The position numbers and the translations under genes are program-made. Source: Heptranchias perlo (lineage: Eukaryota). From it: a stretch of DNA of 64,000 nt. Shown piece by piece: positions 27,010 to 38,914 of this stretch (its first letter is position 1; every line of letters starts with the position of its first letter). The stretch covers positions 15,376,001-15,440,000 of the forward strand of contig NC_090340.1 of NCBI RefSeq assembly GCF_035084215.1, read 5' to 3'. The notes under the pieces were generated by a model. The model was not told the DNA's origin, ran no database searches, and was given only the letters and a program-made list of their open reading frames with translations.

Positions 27010-28670
27010 GAATGGGAGTTAAATTCGGCCATGTAGCGCCCGTTGTTTCGGCGCCACACAGCCGCTCCGACATCCAAGATAGCGTCTTGGATGCGCACGC
27101 ACGTTTCCTGCGTGACGTGCACAAGACGGCACCTTGGTATTGGAGTTAGCGCAGGCGCAGATAACGCACGCTGGAATCATGTAAAGTAGGGACAAAATGG
27201 CTTCAATCAATGGACAACGTTGATTTAAAGTGATACGCATCATTTTGGGTCTTAACGCTCAACTCAACGCACAGTCTTAATTCCGACCATCCAAACGTGT
27301 CTGGAGGAGCCCCCACCTGCGCTATTTAAAGGGACCATGCAGGATTTACAGGTTAGTGGCTGGATTATTGCTTCTGGCTGCTGAGACATTTGCAACTGTT
27401 TCTGGTGATCTCCCATACTTGAATATTAGGACTTGGGGATTATAGCCCAGCATTTAGAGCCAGGTCGTGCAGGAGTGAAGTTAGGAAATGCTTCTACATG
27501 CAAAGGTTGGGAGAAGTTTGGGAAGCTCTTCTGCAAATGGCAGTTGATGCTAACTCAATTGCGAATTCTAAATCTGAGATTGATAGATTTCTGTGAACCA
27601 AGGGCATTAAGGGATATGGGACTAAGGCGGATATATGGAGTTAGGTCGCAGGTCCACCATGAGCTCATTGAATGGCGGAACAGGCTCGAGGGGCTGAACG
27701 CCATTGCCACTTGCTGCTACTGATATGTGCTAACTTCTCCTGCAAGAAAGCGGGACGTGTGTCTGGGCAATGTGCATGTCATGTATGAATAGCTGCTAGT
27801 GTGTGTGGCCAGTGAGCTGTGAGTTGGCAGCTTGCAACGGTTGTAATGTGTGAGGGTGAGAGGAAGCATCTGATTGGAAGAGTTCAGTACTGATGGAAAG
27901 AGCTTGTTGGTAGGTGGCTATTGGGGGCTTTAGTGCGTGGAGGAGTGGATGCGGCTAGTGGTGTAGTTGGTAGGAGATGTCACTTGACAGTTGACCTCGC
28001 TCACATTGACCACTCATGTCAATGCATTGAAATTATTCCTGTACTGCATCCATGTTCATGATGCTGTGTGCCTGGCATTGACTTCATCCCCTACTGCCTC
28101 CCACTGTATTTTGGTTGTATATCTGGAGGGCCTCTTGCTCCCCCAGCCCCCCCCCCCGGCCCCCCCGTGGATAAAGGATGTCCCTCCATCTGTCCACCTC
28201 TTGCACCAAGGCCTCTGGTGCATCAGAAGAGAACCTTGGGGCATGGACTCTCAGGTCGGCAGATTGGTGAGGTCTGGCATGCAGATTGGAGGATGTGGGA
28301 TTTAGTGGTGCACAACCTTTATTCAAACATAACTCATCAGTATGTAAGTATAGGGATGGGATCTGCGTCTGTGCTTTATGTGTGCGATGTCTGATCTCCA
28401 TTCAGACTCCGTGCAGACAGCAGGCTGTTACATTCAGCAAATAACAGGTGCTACCTTCATGAGATTTCTAACAGACAGCCTGCCTTTAAGAGATTGGAGC
28501 TCACCTGCAGGTGGAAAGTGCGAATTGCATGGAATCCTTGTCCAACGCTGATTTCCAACGCAGATTGCAGTGAGTCCTCAGGCCTGACGAAAATCTCGTC
28601 CTGCCTTCACAGGGGCCATTGGGCGCAGGGTAATAGCGGATCATGCTACTCTCGCCCAAAAACAGACACT
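27010..28670. mobile_element. Harbinger/PIF-like non-autonomous element with a decayed Myb/SANT-like (MSANTD/NAIF1-type) ORF on the minus strand; contains a CR1 3' fragment
   Basis: Minus-strand translation APRFSSDAPEALVQEVDRWRDILYP...WEAVGDEVNARHTAS*TWMQYRNNFNAL matches the trihelix Myb/SANT pattern of Harbinger accessory proteins. Confidence 0.6.
28036..28625 (+). repeat. 590-bp direct repeat, copy 1
   Basis: Identical by eye to 30866-31460 except for the poly-C length (11 vs 16). Confidence 0.95.
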
Positions 28671-30354
28671 ATCCAATTATCCCCCCAAGCTCTCTTGTTG
28701 GGCTTTTTACATACTGTGTAAGAAAGGAGTCCTGCACACATTGTAAAAACTCAATTCCCTGTACCGTTTTACCTACCCCTTCTTGCCAGTTTATCTGTGG
28801 ATAGTTTAAATCTCTCATGATTATTATTCTATGTCCTTTATTCATTTCACATATTTGCTTACATATTTCTTCTGCCACCTCCTTTCTACTATTAAGTGGT
28901 CTGTAGTATACCCCTATTAGCATGACTGATCCCTTCTTACGTTTTGTTTCAATTCATATGGATTCTGTTTCGATCCTTCTGTTAGTTATGTGCCATTTTC
29001 TACTGCCCTTATGTTATCTCTAATTAGTACAGCTGCTCCACCCCCTTCTTCCTTCCCTATCCTTTCTGATTATGTTGTAATCTGCAATAGATAGTTGCCA
29101 GTCCTGCTCTTGATGTAGCCATGTTTCAATTATTCCTACTGCATCTGGTTCCTCGCCACTGATGTAACCTTTTGTACATGAAATTCCCATGAGATAATAT
29201 TATTGACTAAAATGAAAGCCTAAGCAACTGTTGCGTAGGTAAAGAAAGTAAATGCAGCCATTCCTTATACTAGACCAGCGCACATGGAATAGTTAAATCA
29301 GGAACATTTAAAACGTTCTTGTGTTACATGAATGCTTTTTCACGCAAAGAGTAACGAATCTCGAGAACTCCCTCTCTCTCAACAGGCTGTGGATGGTGGG
29401 TCAATTGAAATGTTCAAGATTTAGATCGATAAATATTTGTTGGAAAAAGGCTTTCAAGGAATTTGGAGCAACAGCAGGTAAATGCTGTTCAGCTACATTT
29501 CAGGCATGATCTCATTGAATGGTGGAACAGGCTCGAAGGGTTGAATGGCCTACTCCTGTTCTTATGCTTGACTGGATATGTAAAAGACAACTGTATGCCA
29601 TTTCCAAATAACTCAGGAATGCACCTTGTGATGTGATACAATGCCATACATCAATAATTTGCATTTATATGGCGCCTTTAACTTAGAAAAAGGTCACAAG
29701 GTTCTTCACAGAGATGTAATCAGACAAAAATCTACAGATCAGGAAGATCTCGGTTTGAATCTCTAGTCTGTGCTGGAGTACCTAATTTCACTCAGTCAAT
29801 AGTAGAACACGACAAATGACCTTCGTCTCCTCTGGGCCAAGAAGAAGGAGAATCAGCTTGGGCTTCCATTCTTGGTCATTCTCCTCTGACTTCCAACCGT
29901 CGGTCTCACGTGAGGATAAAATTTGTAAAATTAATTCCTTCCTCCAGATAAAAGGTGTCACTATGGGAACCAGTATGGGTCCCAGCTATGCCTACCTTTT
30001 TGTGGGATATGTGGAACATTCCCTGTTCCAGTCCTACTCAGGTCCCCTCCCTCATCACTTTTTCCGGTGCATTGATGACTGTATCAGTACAGTTTCCTGC
30101 TTTTGCCCCAAACTGGAAAATTTCATTAACTTTGCTTCGAATTTCCACCCTTCCCTCACCTTCACATGATTCATCTCAGTCTCTTCCCTTCCCTTCTTCG
30201 ACTTCTCTATCTGCATTTCTGGGGATAAGCTATCAACCATTATGAGCCCACCGACTCCCACAGCCACTTTGATTAAACTTCCTCCCACCCCGCTTCCTGT
30301 AAGGACTCTATTCCATTCTCCCAATTTCTCCGTCTCCGTTGCATCTGTTCTAAC

Positions 30355-33300
30355 ATTTTTTTTATTCGTTCACGGGATGTGGGCGTCGCTGGCGAGGCCA
30401 GCATTTATTGCCCATCCCTAATTGCCCTCGAGAAGGTGGTGGTGAGCCACCTTCTTGAACCGTTGCAGTCCGTGTGGTGACGGTTCTCCCACAGTGCTGT
30501 TAGGAAGGGAGTTCCAGGATTTTGACCCAGCGACAATGAAGGAACGGCGATACATTTCCAAGTCGGGATGGTGTGTGACTTGGAGGGGAACGTGCAGGTG
30601 GTGTTGTTCCCATGTGCCTGCTGCTCTTGTCCTTCTAGGTGGTAGAGGTCGCGGGTTTGGGAGGTGCTGTCGAAGAAGCCGTGGCGAGTTGCTGCAGTGC
30701 ATCCTGTGGATGGTACACACTGCAGCCACAGTGCGCCGGTGGTGAAGGGAGTGAATGTTTCGTGTGGTGGATGGGGTGCCAATCAAGCGGGCTGCTTTAT
30801 CTTGGATGGTGTCGAGCTTCTTGAGTGTTGTTGGAGCTGCACTCATCCAAGGAAGTGCAGGAGTCTTCCTGTACTGCATCCATGTTCATGATGCTGTGTG
30901 CCTGGCATTGACTTCATCCCCTACTGCCTCCCACTGTATTTTGGTTGTATATCTGGAGGGCCTCTTGCTCCCCCAGCCCCCCCCCCCCCCCCGGCCCCCC
31001 CGTGGATAAAGGATGTCCCTCCATCTGTCCACCTCTTGCACCAAGGCCTCTGGTGCATCAGAAGAGAACCTTGGGGCATGGACTCTCAGGTCGGCAGATT
31101 GGTGAGGTCTGGCATGCAGATTGGAGGATGTGGGATTTAGTGGTGCACAACCTTTATTCAAACATAACTCATCAGTATGTAAGTATAGGGATGGGATCTG
31201 CGTCTGTGCTTTATGTGTGCGATGTCTGATCTCCATTCAGACTCCGTGCAGACAGCAGGCTGTTACATTCAGCAAATAACAGGTGCTACCTTCATGAGAT
31301 TTCTAACAGACAGCCTGCCTTTAAGAGATTGGAGCTCACCTGCAGGTGGAAAGTGCGAATTGCATGGAATCCTTGTCCAACGCTGATTTCCAACGCAGAT
31401 TGCAGTGAGTCCTCAGGCCTGACGAAAATCTCGTCCTGCCTTCACAGGGGCCATTGGGCGAGAACACCCCTGACTTGTGCCTTGTAGATGGGGGAAAGGC
31501 TTTGGGGAGTCAGGAGGTGAGTCACTCGCCACAGAATACCCAGCCTCTGACCTGCTCTCGTAGCCACAGTATTTAAATGGCTGGTCCAGTTCAGTTTCTG
31601 GTCAATGGTGACCCCCAGAATGTTGATGGTGGGGGATTCGGTAATGGTAATGCCGTTGAATGTCAGGGGGAGGTGGTTAGACTCTCTCTTGTTGGAGATG
31701 GTCATTGCCTGGCACTTATCTGGCGCGAATGTTACTTCCCACTTATGAGCCCAAGCCTGGATGTTGCCCAGGTCTTGCTGCATGCGGGCTCGGACTGCTT
31801 CATTATTTGAGGGGTTGCGAATGGAACTGAACACTGTGCAGTCATCAGCGAACATCCCCATTTCTGACCTTATGATGGAGGGAAGGTCATTGATGAAGCA
31901 GCTGAAGATGGTTGGGCCTAGGACACTGCCCTGAGGAACTCCTGCAGCAATGCCCTGGGGCTGAGATGATTGGCCTCCAACAACCACTACCATCTTCCTT
32001 TGAGCTAGGTATGACTCCAGCCACTGGAGAGTTTTCCCCCTGATTCCAATTGACTTCAATTTTACTCGGGCTCCTTGGTGCCACATTCGGTCAAATGCTG
32101 CCTTGATATCAAGGGCAGTCACTCTCACCTCACCTCTGGAATTCAGCTCTTTTGTCCATGTTTGGACCAATGCTGTAATGAGGTCTGGAGCCGAGTGGTC
32201 CTGGCGGAACCCAAACTGAGCATCGGTGAGCAGGTTATTGGTGAGTAAGTGCCGCTTGATAGCACTGTCGATGACACCTTCCATCACTTTGCTGATGATT
32301 GAGAGTCGACTGATGGGGCGGTAATTGGCCGGATTGGATTTGTCCTGCTTTTTGTGGACAGGACATACCTGGGCAATTTTCCACATTGTCGGGTAGATGC
32401 CAGTGTTGTAGCTGTACTGGAACAGCTTGGCTAGAGGCGCAGCTAGTTCTGGAGCACAAGTCTTCAGCACTACAGCTGGGATGTTGTCGGGGCCCATAGC
32501 CTTTGCTGTATCCAGTGCACTCAGCCGTTTCTTGATATCACGTGGAGTGAATCGAATTGGCCGAAGACTGGCTTCTGTGATGGTGGGGATATCGGGAGGA
32601 GGCCGAGATGGATCATCCACTCGGCACTTCTGGCTGAAGATGGTTGCAAACGCTTCAGCCTTGTCTTTTGCACTCACGTGCTGGACTCCGCCATCATTGA
32701 GGATGGGGATGTTTGCAGAGCCTCCTCCTCCCGTTAGTTGTTTAATTGTCCACCTCCATTCACGACTGGATGTGGCAGGACTGCAGAGCTTTGATCTGAT
32801 CCGTTGGTTGTGGAATCGCTTAGCTCTGTCTATAGCATGTTGCTTCCGCTGTTTAGCATGCATGTAGTCCTGAGTTGTAGCTTCACCAGGTTGGCACCTC
32901 ATTTTTAGGTACGCCTGGTGCTGCTCCTGGCATGTTCTTCTACACTCCTCATTGAACCAGGGTTGATCCCCTGGCTTGTTGGTAATGGTAGAGTGAGGAA
33001 TATGCCGGGCCATGAGGTTACAGATTGTGGTGGAATACAATTCTGCTGCTGCTGATGGCTCACAGCGCCTCATGGATGCCCAGTTTTGAGCTGCTAGATC
33101 TGTTCTGAATCTATCCCATTTAGCACGGTGGTAGTGCCACACAACACGTTGGATGGTGTCCTCAGTGCGAAAACGGGACTTCATCTCCACAAGGACTGTG
33201 CGGTGGTCACTCCTACCAATACTGTCATGGACAGATGCATTTGCGACAGGTAGATTGGTGAGGACGAGGTTAAGTAAGTTTTTCCCTCATGTTGGTTCGC

Positions 33301-33910
33301 TCACCACTTGCCACAGGCCCAGTCTAGCAGCTATGTCCTTCAGGACTCGGCCAGCTCGGTCAGTAGTGGTGCTACCGAGCCACTCTTGGTGATGGACATT
33401 GAAGTCCCCCACCCAGAGTACATTCTGTGCCCTTGCTACCCTCAGTGCTTCCTCCAAGTGGTGTTCAACATGGAGGAGGACTGATTCATCAGCTGAAGGA
33501 GGACGGTAGGTGGTAATCAGCAGGAGGCTTCCTTGCCCATGTTTGACCTGATGCCATGAGATTTCATGGGGTTCAGAGTCAATGTTGAGGACTCCCAGGA
33601 CTACTCCCTCCTGACTGTATATCACTGTACCGCCACCTCTGGTGGGTCTGTCCTGCCAGTGGGACAGGACATACCCAGGGATGGTGATGGAAGAGTCTGG
33701 GACGTTGGCTGAAAGGTATGATTCTGTGAGTATGGCTATGTCAGGCTGTTGCTTGACTTGTCTGTGGGACAGCTCTCCCAATTTTGGCACAAGTCCCCAG
33801 ATGTTAGTAAGGAGGACCTTGCAGGGTCGACTGGGCTTGGTGTTTTGCCGTTGTCGTGTCCGGTGCCTAGTGGTCCGATGCCGGGTGGTCCATCCGGTTT
33901 TATTCTTATT
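30355..33910 (-). mobile_element. Young CR1-clade LINE (APE endonuclease + RT)
   Basis: ORFs 33287-33790 (EN: LTESYL, TYRPP, GDFNVH), 31442-33190 (582-aa RT: YRPIS, LDIKAAFD, GVPQGSVLGP, FADD) and 30418-30879 (C-terminus), with an A-rich tail. Confidence 0.95.
30866..31460 (+). repeat. 595-bp direct repeat, copy 2, inserted in CR1 ORF2
   Basis: See copy 1. It splits the CR1 reading frame between YKAQVR and WMSAAPTTL. Confidence 0.95.
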
Positions 33911-36214
33911 ATGACATTACTACCTTCCGCACCAGTGCTTCTGATATGTCTTCCTTTTTCCTCAACCGAGGATTCCCCTCCACTGTAGTTGACAGGGCCT
34001 TCAAACCGTGTCCATCCCATTTCCTGCATTTCTGTCCTCACCCCATCTCTTCCTTCCCTACCTGCCTCCACATTAAACGAATCACCCACTGTCATTTCCG
34101 CCACCTCCAGTGCGATCCCACCACCACTTGGTATCTTCCCCTCCCCTCCCCTTTCAGCATTCCAAAGGGACTGCTCCCTCCACGACACCCTAGTCTACTC
34201 TTCCATCACCCCCAACACCCGCTCTCCTCCCCAAGACACCTTCCCGTGTGAGCACAGGAGATGCAACACCTGCCCCTTCACCTCCTCCATTCCCACCGTC
34301 CAGGGCCCCCAACGCTCCTTCCAGGTGATACAGCGGTTTACTTGTACTTCTTTCAAATTAGTATACTGTATTCGCTGCTCACAATTCGGTCTCCTCTAAA
34401 TCGGGGAGAACAAACACAGACTGGGCGATTGCTTTGCTGAGCACCTCCGCCCTGTCCTCAAGTGTGACTCTGACCGGCAGGTTGCTTGCCATTTCAATTC
34501 CTCTTCTCGATCCTGCTCTGACATCTCTGTCCTCAGCCTCTTACATTGTTCCAATGAAACTCAACTTAAGCTTGAGGAACAGCACCTCATCTTTTGTTTA
34601 GGCACTTTACAACCTTCCGAACTCAACATTGATTTCAGTAACTCCAGACCATAACCAATGTTCCCGTTTTTTCGGTCAGCTAGTGCTGGTAATGGTTCTG
34701 CTGCTGCCATTTACAGCTATTCCTGAGCAATCTTTCGTTTCTTAACCTGTCCCATTACCATCTTCCTTGTCTTGCACCATCATCCCTTTTGTCATTTAAA
34801 TACTTGTGACCTCTACCCTATCACAGACCTTCTCTTTCGTTCTTTCCTCCCCTTCCCTGTCTCTGTACTTGCTCGAAAACTTTAACACTTTTAAACATCT
34901 TCCAGTTCTGACAAGAGGTCTTCGACCTGGACCGTTAACTTTGTTTCTTTCTCCACAGATGCTTCCTGACTTGCTGAGCTTCTCCAGTATTTTCTGTTTT
35001 TATTATAAAATTGGTAGAGTTGGATGGTTTCCCGAATACACACGCACACATATAGGCATGCGCGAATCTCCGTCTTAAATGGGAGACCCCTTATTTTTAA
35101 ACTGTGTCCCCTAGTTCTAGTCTCTCCCACAAGGGGAAACATCCTCCCCTTCAAGTCCCCCCAGGGGACTATATTACACTACACTTTAAGATGAACATTT
35201 ATCGCAAGCTTATTCAATGGCTGTATTCACCACTGCGCCAAACAGCGTGTTTGACGACTGGACTGTATCTGTTTGCGATTTGATGACATCACTCTCTGGT
35301 TGCTTCCTGTTTAAATTAGCACCGAATCTCTCACTGATTGGTTAGGGTCTCATAATATTCCCTACCTTCATGTGGCATTTAAAATTAACTGAAATATTTC
35401 ATATTCTGACTTAATTAATATTGAAAACTTCTCAACTTGAAATCGAGTAGTTGAGAAATTGTACAAATGCAGACAACTGAATCGATTTTGCAACGTTACT
35501 GGGTACCCGTCGACAGGTTCCCTTCTGTAATGCAAAAGAAAGAATTTGCTTCTATATGGCGCCTTATCATTTCCTCCGGACATCCCAAAGCGCGTCACAA
35601 CCAATTAGTTACTTTTTTCAGTGCAGTCATTGTTCTTACCTTGGCAAACGGACAGATAATTTGTGCACAAGGGCCCACAAACAGCAAAATTAGGTGAATG
35701 ATCACTTTGATCGGTTAATTCATTTTAAGTCCTGATTGTTGCAGGTAGAATGTTGGCCAGGTCACCAGGAGAACTTTGTTCTTGTTCCAAATAGCACAGT
35801 GCGATATTTCACATGCAACCGAATCACCAGACCAGGGAGACAGAGTTTAAGTTTAATGCTTCTTCCGAAAGTGTAGAATGGGACAATGCTGCACTCCTTC
35901 CGTACTAACATGCTGGCTGTGGATAGAGGCAGAAATGAAACCAGCATGGATTGATAATATAATTCAACTACTGAAGACTTCTTATTCATGATGGAATGGG
36001 CGATACTGAGCATGGAATGCTAGATCTTGAAAATTGCGGCACTTATGACATATAAATAGATATATGATATATAACACATGTAATGAATCATTTACTTTAT
36101 AAAACATTTAAAATAAGCTAGTTTACATATACACCAGTAAGCTGTCGCCACGTGATGAAACTGGGTGTAAATGGAAATAATTAAAATTGAATTATCTTAT
36201 AATAAACAGTAAGT

Positions 36215-37760
36215 TTTTTTATTTCATTCTTCGGATGTCGGCGGTGCTGGCAAGGCCGGCATTTATTGCCCATCCCCAGTTGCCCTTGAGAAGGTGCTGG
36301 TGGGCATTCCACTTGTACCGCTGCAGTCTGCAGAGAAGGTACTCCCAAGGTGCTGTTAGGTAGGGAGATCCCTGCGACGGTGAAGGAACCGCATAAATGC
36401 CCAAACAGGGATTTTGTGTGACTTGGAAGGAAACTTGGAGGTGGTGGTGTTCCCATGCCCTTGTTCTTCTAGATGTAGGATGTTGCGCTTTTGGAGGTGC
36501 TGCCAAAGAAGCCTTGGTGACTTGCTGCAGTGCATCCTGTAGATAATAGACATTGCAGCCACAGTACACCAGTGGTGGGGCGAGTGCATGTTTTAGCTGG
36601 GGGGAAAGGTGCTAATCAAGTGGAATGCTTTGTCCTGGAGAGTGTCCAGATTCTTCACTGTAGTTCCAGTGGCACCCATCCAGGCAAGTGGACCGTATTC
36701 CATCGCATTCCTGACTTGTCCCTTGTAGGTGGTGGAGAATTTTTGGGGAGTCAGGATGTGAGCCACTAAACACAGAATACCCATCCTCTGAACTGTTCTA
36801 ATAGCCAAGGCATTTATGTGGCTGCTCCAATTGAGTTTTTGGTCAATGGTGTCTCTCAGTATGTTGATGGTGAGGGATTCGGTGATGGTACTGCAATGGG
36901 ATGTCATGAGATGGTGTTTTGGCTCTCTCTTGTTGGAGATGGTGATTTCCCGGCACATATGTGGGGCGATTGTTACTTGACACTTATCAGCCCAAGTCTG
37001 GATGTTGAGGTCTTGCTGCATGCGAGCTTGGATTGCTTCATTTGCTGAGGAATTGCGAATGGAGCAGAACACTGTGCAATCATCAGTGAGCAGCACCATT
37101 TCTGGCCTTATGATAGAGGGAAGGTCATTGATGAAGCAGCTGAAAATAGTTGGGCCTGGGTCACTGCCCTGAGTAACTCCTGCAGCGATATCCTGGGCTC
37201 CAATAACCATAACCACCTTCCCTTGTGCCAGATATGATTCCAGCCACTGGAGAGCTTTCTCACTGATTCCCATTGACTTCAGTTTTGCTCGGGTTCCTTG
37301 CTGCCTTGATGTCAAGGGCAATCTCTCTCACCTTACCTCTGGAATTCAGTGCTTGTCTCCATGTTTGGACTAAGGACATAATTACTCTGGAGCCGAGTGG
37401 TCCTGCACAACACAAACTGAATATCAGAGTAGGTTATTGGTAAGTAAATACCACTTAAAGCAGTGCTGCCGACTCCTTCCATCGCTTTGCTGATGATTAA
37501 GAGTAGGTTGATAGGGCAGTAATTGGCCTGTTTGGATTTGCCCTGCTTTTTGTGGACAGGACACACCTGGGCAATTTTTATCTTTTCCAAATCAGCCATC
37601 TCTGAGTGCAATTCTTAATTGTGCCAAATTAGTTTCCTGTTGCGGGTCTTTTTATTGCTCGTTCATGGGATGTGGGCGTCGCTGACAAGGTCAGCATTTA
37701 TTGCCCATCCCTAATTGCCCTTGAGAAGGTAGTGATGAGCTACCTTCTTGAACCGCTGCT
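36215..37760 (-). mobile_element. Older copy of the same CR1 family (RT 3' half) plus a separate tail fragment
   Basis: ORF 36593-37321 is similar to the 582-aa RT and carries the same 3' tail. Confidence 0.85.
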
Positions 37761-38914
37761 CGAAGTTCAATGGAATCTGGGTTGAGACTTCAATCATTTT
37801 TCGTAGTGAGGGGAGAAGAGAGTTTACTAGACTAAGTCTGCGTTGGGGAATGCAAACTGCTGCTAAAGTGTGACTGGAGAGTTTGCTGACACATTGACGT
37901 CAATGGAAAATAAAATTGGGCGGAGAGTGCCCGCTGTGCCTATGTCCCCAGACGAATTGGTTTCGTGTGGTACCTATGCTATTTCTGAGAAGATATTAAA
38001 ATAAAAACTGTGAATGCTGGACATCTGAAATAAAACAAACAATGCTGGAAATGATCGGCGGTTTTCAGCATCTAAAATTTTTTTTAAATCATTTGCGGTG
38101 GGAGCTTTCGTCAGATGGTTTACGAAGTCAGTACTTCGGGTCTGAACACAGCAGAAAATGGCCAAATGGCTGTGCGTTCAGCAGGGTTTCCCGCTTAAAA
38201 TAGTAAAAAGTTAAAGCCTGGTCATTATTGATAAGATCTTTCTTACCCTCATTGTTATGGAAGAGTTTACATGTTTTCAAAAACTGGCATTTAATCAGCC
38301 ATTAAATTGATCATCATTTTCTTCCTTGGGGAACGGAACTAAATTGTTAAAGAGCGTTTATTAATTCACGATAATTAACACAAAAAAACGGTTCACCAAA
38401 AATATAGTACCCAACAATATACGTTAAAATAGAGCATAGCTACATTCGGCAAATTTGCAGATGATACCAAGCTTTGTGGAGCGTGCAAGAGAAGTAGCAT
38501 AAAGTGAATTCGACAAAATATGAATGCTAGCAGAAAAACAGATGTTCACAATCCTCCAAGTAGATGAAATATAATGCAAACAATTGCACATAATAAGGCA
38601 CTTATTTAATGGATGGTATTGAAATGGCTAAGGAAGAGCCTAAATAAGACCTCCGAATATGGCAACACTAACGCTGAACATGCCCAAACAATACAGAGCA
38701 CCAATTAACGAACCAACAGAATGTCGAGCTATATAGCCACAACAATGATTATAAGTCAGAGGAGGGCATGACGAAACTTCATTGAGCTCAGAACAGCCCA
38801 CACATTGGGCATTGGGTCTAATTCTGGTCACAGAAATAAGGGAGGCATTCAATCACTGGAGACAGTGCAGAGAAGAACCTCCAACATAATTCACAGTGTA
38901 AAAGGTCTGCGTTT

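Larger units (their letters stand above)
24650..29170 (-). mobile_element. Degenerate CR1 ORF2 (EN-RT), interrupted at about 26957-28670
   Basis: GVYYRP, GEHLGNSD, NYRPISLT and QHGF motifs. The sequence resumes collinearly across the insert when compared with the sister copy at about 41200. Confidence 0.85.
29935..35000 (+). mobile_element. Penelope-like element (RT + GIY-YIG), split by a CR1 insertion at about 30355-33910
   Basis: FLQIKGVTMGTSMGPSYA..FFRCIDDC (PLE RT). After the insert: CNTCP..CTSFKLVYCIRCS...IGENKHRLGDCFAEH (GIY-YIG). Confidence 0.85.

Noticed and set aside
31442-33190. 582-aa host gene or novel reverse-transcriptase system
   Set aside because: Ordinary CR1 ORF2 fragment with several sister copies in the window.
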